The notes under the pieces were generated by a model. It searched no databases. It saw only the letters and a program-made list of their open reading frames with translations, and was not told the DNA's origin. From Planctomycetota bacterium (GTDB lineage: Bacteria; Planctomycetota; UBA8108; SXIK01): a stretch of DNA of 64,000 nucleotides. The position numbers and the translations under genes are program-made. Each line of letters begins with the position of its first letter. The stretch's first letter is position 1. This document shows, in pieces, positions 58,801 to 64,000 of the stretch. The stretch covers positions 3,872,001 through 3,936,000 of the forward strand of contig CBDCXR010000004.1 in assembly GCA_965223845.1 (NCBI GenBank), given 5' to 3'.

Positions 58801-58990
58801 CGAGCTCGACGCGGTAGCCCTCGGAGAGCGAGAACGACGCGAGTGCCGCCTCCGGCTCGAGCGGCGCGATCCGCGGGAGTTCCCGGCGCAGCTCGGCGGG
58901 GTCGACGTCGGGGTACTGCGCGCCGACTCGCGGCGGCGCGATCGTCCCGTGCAACGAAACGAGAACGAACAGAGCGTACGAAGGGCGCAT
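55871..58990 (-). CDS. PVC-type membrane-bound dehydrogenase-domain / HEAT-repeat / heme c (CxxCH) protein
   Basis: LVAAEP, AEMRDYP, WFRP...GPDGALYIADMYR; HEAT repeats; CATCH, GPDL and SLMPDGLE. Confidence 0.88.
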   Translation of the reverse strand: MRPSYALFVLVSLHGTIAPPRVGAQYPDVDPAELRRELPRIAPLEPEAALASFSLSEGYRVELVAAEPDVVDPVALAFDARGRLFVAEMRDYPFLPGRGQSSEQDARAQKGSIRLLEDLDADGAVDRSRIFATGIQWPTGLLCWRGGVFVTAAPDLLFLRDSDGDGVADERRVVWTGFGTQNVQGLLNSLVYAPDGRIYFAGGPNGGRVEGREGAVSGTIALSGHDARFSPSRVPWALELLPRGGQHGLTLNELGERFVCSNSNHIRHVVLDGPYVDRNPDLSGARVVADIAVEGNAAPVFRRSAAEPWRIVRTRWRASSDHFRRRLPKTELVPIGFFTSATGVHVYRGTALGTECRAGDENGGTVFIGDVGGNLVHRKRLVPRGVTYRAERFPSEKRREFLTSSDNWFRPTGFADGPDGALYIADMYRETIEHPASIPESIKQFLNLKSGDDRGRIYRIVAESADLNSGIDARKRAAEWPRDADAVELLGHADGWWRTTAQKWIAERLAADAPNARGGWVARLRDAIRAKSPFSRRAALWLLEHSGELDEATLRLALGDSSAMVRASAIRLAENARSFPAAAALATEEDPRVRLQLALSLGEAAPALGAEGVADRLAALFRGSGARDEWLRSAIASAARVDVATLLLERIVSGPDFDGAAEFAEELARLSGARRDAAVVPRALDLVLAAQTNDRIELAQAVLLGLQSGLRRRAGSFDGEWTREASPLSAHKFRLEKVFANAANTARDRDRSPRARARSIELLGVSPPSRSMEILAGLLEAREPREIQLRALTSLRGYGSDSRVAEILCESWTRLSPEVRREAAEILLANSARASAFLDAVERGDIAPSDLDPARRKQLLEHSEPSLRERAARILPASTTGDRAAVVARYRAALAREGRKEAGSQVFRRVCATCHRLGGEGKSVGPDLETAAHRTPDELILHILDPNREVAAPYASYVAVTDAGDTLSGVIVRETAASVTLRRAEGIEETVLRSSLESLTSSGLSLMPDGLEKDIALQDMADLIAAIRSLGAAKPKAEH

Positions 58991-59223
58991 CGGAGGGATT
59001 CATCCGCGGGAACGTAAAGACGATGGCGTCAGCGAGCCGGTCCATCTCGAGCGGACACCGACGCAGCGCACGCGCGTGAGTCATTCTCGCTGAGGAGTTC
59101 CGGCGGAGAAAGCTCCGGGGCGCAAGGAAAAGGAGATGCAGCCGGCCCCTCGAGCGTGATTCAATGGCCGGACTGTTCTCCGCAATGCCCGCGTCCGCAG
59201 GCACCTTCGCACGGTGTCGATCG

Positions 59224-59913
59224 ATGCTCCTCCTCATCGACAACTACGACAGTTTTGTCTACAACCTCGCCCGCTACGCCGAGGAGCTCGGCGTGCCGAC
59301 GCGGGTCGACCGAAACGACGCGATCACGACCGCGGAGATCCGCACGCTCTCTCCGCGCGCGATCGTCCTCTCTCCGGGTCCCGGCCAGCCCGTCGATGCC
59401 GGCGTTTCGATCGACATCGTTCGCGAGCTCGGACCGGCGATTCCGATTCTCGGCGTTTGTCTCGGGCACCAAGCGATCGCGGAGGCGTACGGCGGAAAGG
59501 TGATCCGCGGCGAGCCGATGCACGGCCGCGCGAGTCGCGTGCTCCACGATGGTCGGGGCGTATTCCGCGGCGTCCCGAGCCCCTTTCTCGCGGCGCGCTA
59601 TCATTCGCTCGTCGTCGATGGCCCGTCGCTCCCGAGCGAGCTCGAAGTCTCGGCTCGCCTCGCGGACGGTACGGTGATGGGAATCCGTCACCGCGAGCAT
59701 CCGGTGGTCGGCATGCAATTCCACCCCGAGAGCGTCCTCACCGAGCACGGCTACCGGGTTCTCGGCAATTTCCTCCACCAATTCGCCCGCCCCGGCGACA
59801 CGCTCGCGCGAGCTCGAGCCCTCTCTGCGGGACCCGAAGCCGTCCGAACGGTCTGGCCTCCCGTCGAGGAAGAAGGCGTTCATCCGCTCAACGCCCTCGC
59901 GAGGCAGTCGTGA
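59224..59913 (+). CDS. pabA: Aminodeoxychorismate/anthranilate synthase component II (glutamine amidotransferase)
   Basis: IDNYDSF, SPGPG, GVCLGHQ, RYHSL and QFHPES motifs; coupled to the RFAP synthase gene. Confidence 0.88.
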   Translation: MLLLIDNYDSFVYNLARYAEELGVPTRVDRNDAITTAEIRTLSPRAIVLSPGPGQPVDAGVSIDIVRELGPAIPILGVCLGHQAIAEAYGGKVIRGEPMHGRASRVLHDGRGVFRGVPSPFLAARYHSLVVDGPSLPSELEVSARLADGTVMGIRHREHPVVGMQFHPESVLTEHGYRVLGNFLHQFARPGDTLARARALSAGPEAVRTVWPPVEEEGVHPLNALARQS

Positions 59914-61460
59914 TTCTAGAGGGACTCGTGACGACGCGCGACCCGTCCGGGCGCGTCCACACGTCGCCCCTCGGTCCGATCGTCCGCGGAGACGTCCGAT
60001 CGCCGCACGAGCTGATCCTCCGCCCGTACCGCGGCGGTCGGACCTTCGAGCATCTTCGCCGGCGGCGCGCCGGCGTGTTCCACGTCGTCGACGACGCGGA
60101 GCTCCTCGCCCGGGCGGCCGTCGGCGCGGTCGATCCTCCCGTTCGGCCGGCGGTCGACGTCGACGGCTACGTTCTCGAGGATGCGTGTCGGGCCTTCGAG
60201 TTTCGGGTGATCGCGATCGACGAGAGCGACGAGCGAACGGTCATGCGCGCCGAGGTCGTCCGCACCGTCGACCTGCGCCCGTTCTGTGGTTGGAATCGAG
60301 CGCGTCACGCCGTCATCGAAGCGGCGATCCTCGCGACGCGCGCGCATCTCCTTCCGCGCGACGAGATCGACGCGCGGTTCGCGAGCCTCGACGTTCTGGT
60401 TGAAAAAACGGGCGAAGCAGCCGAGCGGCGAGCGATGGCGATCCTTCGCGAGCACGTCGCAGCGATCGACTCGCGCAGCGAAGAATCGCCGAGGGACGCA
60501 GTGCGAGTCGCGGCCGGTGCACGCCTCCACTTCGGGCTCATCGCTCCCGCGCCGCCGACCGGCGATCGAGCGCGCGCCTACGGCGGCGCGGGGCTGATGC
60601 TCACCGAGCTCGGCGTCGAGGTCACGGCGCGAACGAGCGACGAGTGGCGCGCCGAGGGCGCGCTCGCCGAACGGGCTCTCGCGTGCGCGCGGCGCTACTC
60701 GCGCGGAAGTACTCCGCTCGATTTGACCGTACACTGCGCCTACGAAGGTCACGTCGGACTCGGGACGGGGACTCAGCTCAGTCTCGCCGTCGCTCGCGCC
60801 GTCGACCTCCTCGCGGGCCGGTCGTGGAACGCGCTCGACGCCGCGCGGCGACTCGGTCGCGGTGCGCGATCAGCGGTCGGAATCCACGGCTTCGATCGCG
60901 GCGGGTTCATCCTCGACGGAGGAAAGCGGGGCGACGAGGACATCGGGTCGCTGATCGGCCACTACGCGGTTCCCGAGAGCTGGCGGATCCTCGTCGCGAT
61001 TCCGCGCGGAAGTGCGGGTGTCTCCGGCGTCGCCGAAGAAGCGGCGTTTCGCCAGCTCGCCCCGCCCGCGCGCGCGGCAGAAGAGCTGTCGCGCCTCCTT
61101 CTCCTCGGAGTCGTTCCGGGACTCGTCGACGCCGACGCGCAGGCGTTTGGCGAGGCGCTTTACGCGTACGGAAAACGCGCCGGGGAACTCTTTTCTCCGG
61201 TCCAAGGCAGTGCGTTTGCGAGCGAAGAAGTCGCGGCGATCGTCGAGTTCCTGCGCGCGCGCGGCATCTGCGGCGCGGGACAGAGCTCCTGGGGCCCGGC
61301 CGCGTTCGGGATCACCGACGACCCCGGGCGCGCCGAAGCCGTCGCTCGCGAGCTCCAGGATCGACTGCCACTGCGCCCCGAAGACGTCACCGTGGCCGGC
61401 GCCGCGAACCGCGGCGCACGAGCGGAGTGGCTCCGCCCATCGCTCCACACGCTGGCGTAA
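59910..61460 (+). CDS. mptG: Fusion of DUF447 (Orf22, FMN-binding split barrel) and beta-RFAP synthase (GHMP-kinase fold)
   Basis: N-terminal ILEGLVTT...PLGP...NRARHAVIEAAILATR; C-terminal RLHFGL, HVGLGTGTQL, GRGARSAVG, GGFILDGG and GQSSWGP; one continuous frame. Confidence 0.85.
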   Translation: MILEGLVTTRDPSGRVHTSPLGPIVRGDVRSPHELILRPYRGGRTFEHLRRRRAGVFHVVDDAELLARAAVGAVDPPVRPAVDVDGYVLEDACRAFEFRVIAIDESDERTVMRAEVVRTVDLRPFCGWNRARHAVIEAAILATRAHLLPRDEIDARFASLDVLVEKTGEAAERRAMAILREHVAAIDSRSEESPRDAVRVAAGARLHFGLIAPAPPTGDRARAYGGAGLMLTELGVEVTARTSDEWRAEGALAERALACARRYSRGSTPLDLTVHCAYEGHVGLGTGTQLSLAVARAVDLLAGRSWNALDAARRLGRGARSAVGIHGFDRGGFILDGGKRGDEDIGSLIGHYAVPESWRILVAIPRGSAGVSGVAEEAAFRQLAPPARAAEELSRLLLLGVVPGLVDADAQAFGEALYAYGKRAGELFSPVQGSAFASEEVAAIVEFLRARGICGAGQSSWGPAAFGITDDPGRAEAVARELQDRLPLRPEDVTVAGAANRGARAEWLRPSLHTLA

Positions 61461-61559
61461 CTCGCCCTCCTCGTAGGGTAGAATCAGCGCCTCTCGGGCG
61501 CGTCCTCCCGCAGGTGGAGGGGCCCATTTGATACGAGACAGAGCGAAAGTGCGCGATCG

Positions 61560-62129
61560 ATGAACTCGGGTGAACTCAAACGCGGTGCAGTGATCAGTGT
61601 GAACGGTGCGGCGTGCATCGTCGAGAAGGTCGCGGTGCAGACGCCGTCCTCGCGCGGGTCGACGACGCTCTACAAGGTTCGAGCGCGCGATGTGCGAACA
61701 AAGCAGAAGGTCGACGCGACCTTCAAGGGCGGAGAGCAGATTCCCGAGCCGAGCTTCGAGCGCCGCGACGTCCAGTACCTCTACTCGGATCCGAACCACT
61801 GCTTCTTCATGGACATGGAGAGCTACGAGCAGTTCGAGCTCGCGAAGGAGGATCTCAAGGAAGAGATCCTCTACATGTACGAGAACATGGAGGGAATCCG
61901 GGCCCTCGTCGTCGACGACGAAGTGATCGGCATCGAGCTCCCGCTCGCCGTTGAGATCGACATCGTCGAGTGCGATCCCGCCGCACGCGGGAACTCGGCG
62001 ACCAGTCGAGCGAAGAACGCGACGCTCGCGACCGGCCTCGTCGTTCAGGTCCCCGAGCACTTGAGCCCGGGCGAACGCGTGCGCGTCGATACGACGACGG
62101 GGAAGTTCGTCAGCCGCGTCAGCAAGTAA
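61560..62129 (+). CDS. efpL: Elongation factor P-like protein (EfpL/YeiP subtype)
   Basis: EF-P fold motifs (YLYSD, FMD, TGLVVQVP); tip loop QTPSSRGSTTLYK resembles YeiP SPTARGAATLYK rather than EF-P PGKG. Confidence 0.8.
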   Translation: MNSGELKRGAVISVNGAACIVEKVAVQTPSSRGSTTLYKVRARDVRTKQKVDATFKGGEQIPEPSFERRDVQYLYSDPNHCFFMDMESYEQFELAKEDLKEEILYMYENMEGIRALVVDDEVIGIELPLAVEIDIVECDPAARGNSATSRAKNATLATGLVVQVPEHLSPGERVRVDTTTGKFVSRVSK

Positions 62130-62139
62130 GGACGGCGAG

Positions 62140-64000
62140 CTACGGCACGGCGAAGTAGCCGAGCAGGATCGCCATCTCGTCTTCTGACGTCAACCCGAAG
62201 GTGAGTGGCGGCGAGTTTGGACTCGGTGGATCGTGGTAGGTGTGCGTCGTCTCGAAGCGCAGCCCCTGCCCCGGCACAAGGACGAGCGGCGGATCGAAGA
62301 CCTTGTAGACGGGATCGTCCCAGTCGTGGGAGTCGTAAACCATTCGGGGCGGGTCGACGTCGCCGCCGCCGTCGATCAGAAAAGCGCTGAAGCGATCGCC
62401 GTGCCGGTGCATGTGGGAGCTGAGCGCGTAGACGTGAGTCTCGCGCACAACTCGGCCCGCCAGTCCGATCCCGGGCGTGATCGCCGCGGTCGTCAAGTTC
62501 GGAAACGTCCACTCGGTCGTCCTCGTCGTATTCGGCGGAACGTTGATGGACGGATCGATCTCGAAGAGCGGCTGAACCTCGGTCGTGATCTCTCCCGGCT
62601 CGGCGAAGAAGAAATTCACGTAGACCTCGCCGCGGAGGACCTCCTCGCCGTTCAAGTTGAGGTAGTGCGAATTGAAATCGAAGCTCGTGTCGCGCGAGAA
62701 CTTGATCCCGACGCCCGGTGGAAATGCGAGCGAGAAGAACGACTGCTGAGAACCGATTTGGAAGCGCCGGTTCGTCACGATGTCGACGGTGCTCCCGATC
62801 GGGCGAAGCCCCGCGCTCGGTTTCGAGTCGCCGATCCACTCGTAGATAATGAAGTGGTGGCTCTGCTCCATCATGTGAATGTCGACTCGCTTGATGTAGA
62901 TCTCTTCCGCTTCGAGGTCCTGGAACGGCTCGTCGACGAACGAAAAGATCTCGCGCTCGGAGCCCGGTGCGATCGAGAACGGTTCGAGGTGAATCTGGAG
63001 ACCGAACTCCGGCACCGGCGGCTGCGGCATCCGCTCGATTTCGGGCGGCGGCTCCTCGCTGATGTCGGGAACTCCGGCGATCGTTCCCTCGCGCGGCGCA
63101 CCGGCGCGGATCCATTCGCGGATGGCATCGATCGTAGCGCCCGAGAGCGGGTCCGGTGAGTTCGCCGGCATGCGGTTCCCCTCACCCGGTCCCGGAGCGA
63201 TGAGCTTCTTGAGGAGAAAACTTCGATCGGGATCGCCAGGGGCGACGCGGACGAGACCTTGCTCCTGGGCGGCGACGTTGAAGACCGCGACCCCGACGAG
63301 ATCCTCGTAAGCATCGTCGGCCGTGGCGAGAGAGAGTCCCGCTCGCTCGGTTTCGGCGCTGTGACAAGACGAGAACGCACACGTCCGAGCGAAGACCTTC
63401 TCGTAGATGCTGTCGAACGAGAGCTCACCCTCGGCGCGGCACGGCGCGTACTCGTCCTCCGTCATCGCGGGAGGAGGCGGAGCATCCCCGAAGAGGAAAT
63501 TGAGGAGCCGGATCGGATCGACGATGTCGACGCGACCACTCGCATTGACGTCGGCGAGAGGCAGGCATTCGGGTTCAACGCCGTCGGCAGAGAAGAGAAA
63601 GTTGAGGACGAAGATCGGGTCGGTGATCGTTCGGTTTCCATCCTCGTTCACGTCGCCTCGGAGCGGGAGATTGCGAAGAATGAGTCCCCCCTCGATCCAC
63701 TCCTCGATCGTATGGATGTCGCCCTCACTGAGCGGATCCAGCCCGAACGGCATGCGAGCACCGTGCGCGGGAGTTTCGTTCGCGATCTTGTCGAAGAGCG
63801 GGCTCTCGTCCGGCTCGCCGGAGACGACGATCGGACCGCCGTACTGACTCCCCACGCTCGCAAGGATCGCCTCGTAGCTCGACAGATCGACGCCGCTCGT
63901 TACTTGGCCGATGTGACACGCTCCGCCGCCGCAGGACCGGTCGAGAATCGGTCGAACGTCGTGCTCGTACTCGACCGTCTCATGCGCGCGGAAATCTCCT
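62140..64000 (-). CDS. Multidomain protein, 5' end outside the window: planctomycete cytochrome c (CX4CH) - dockerin-like - cytochrome c (CX4CH) - copper type II monooxygenase-like
   Basis: Frame is open to the window edge (…VRPILDRSCGGGACH…); RMP...I.EWI..G twice; CAFSSCH; GDVNEDG/ADVNASG repeats; SHHFIIY, SHMHRHG and TSEDEM. Confidence 0.75.
   Translation of the reverse strand, partial: GDFRAHETVEYEHDVRPILDRSCGGGACHIGQVTSGVDLSSYEAILASVGSQYGGPIVVSGEPDESPLFDKIANETPAHGARMPFGLDPLSEGDIHTIEEWIEGGLILRNLPLRGDVNEDGNRTITDPIFVLNFLFSADGVEPECLPLADVNASGRVDIVDPIRLLNFLFGDAPPPPAMTEDEYAPCRAEGELSFDSIYEKVFARTCAFSSCHSAETERAGLSLATADDAYEDLVGVAVFNVAAQEQGLVRVAPGDPDRSFLLKKLIAPGPGEGNRMPANSPDPLSGATIDAIREWIRAGAPREGTIAGVPDISEEPPPEIERMPQPPVPEFGLQIHLEPFSIAPGSEREIFSFVDEPFQDLEAEEIYIKRVDIHMMEQSHHFIIYEWIGDSKPSAGLRPIGSTVDIVTNRRFQIGSQQSFFSLAFPPGVGIKFSRDTSFDFNSHYLNLNGEEVLRGEVYVNFFFAEPGEITTEVQPLFEIDPSINVPPNTTRTTEWTFPNLTTAAITPGIGLAGRVVRETHVYALSSHMHRHGDRFSAFLIDGGGDVDPPRMVYDSHDWDDPVYKVFDPPLVLVPGQGLRFETTHTYHDPPSPNSPPLTFGLTSEDEMAILLGYFAVP

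Noticed and set aside
1-64000. CRISPR arrays, tRNA/rRNA genes, IS elements, integrases, prophage genes
   Set aside because: I found no regularly spaced repeats, RNA-gene signatures, or transposase, integrase or phage motifs by eye.

Overview
High-GC bacterial DNA, very probably from a Planctomycetota genome. This is inferred from an MtdC-type dehydrogenase, a PVC-type heme/dehydrogenase protein, planctomycete cytochrome c domains, DUF1080, a DWG-type Ser/Thr kinase and dockerin-like repeats. About 51 protein genes are supported; I saw no rRNA, tRNA, CRISPR or mobile elements. The main theme is an almost complete tetrahydromethanopterin (H4MPT)/methanofuran-type C1-transfer system in four blocks: (1) mtdC-fae / ATP-grasp-fhcBADC at 8.5-16.6 kb; (2) mch-orf5-orf7-PTPS-SDR-PCD-orf20-pabB at 32.4-40.6 kb; (3) orf17 / orfY(mfnD-like)-orf9(mfnF-like)...orf21(mfnE-like) at 49.8-55.8 kb; (4) pabA and a DUF447::RFAP-synthase fusion at 59.2-61.5 kb. 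The least explained items are a pterin cassette with a CExxHGH PTPS and an SDR lacking the catalytic Tyr (candidate dihydromethanopterin reductase), a coupled DUF3592/arrestin-like/P-loop ATPase operon lying inside the methanofuran block, and a CX4CH-heme + dockerin + copper-monooxygenase-like protein cut by the right edge. All family calls come from motif recognition by eye. Start codons were chosen from RBS and overlap evidence and may be off by a few codons.
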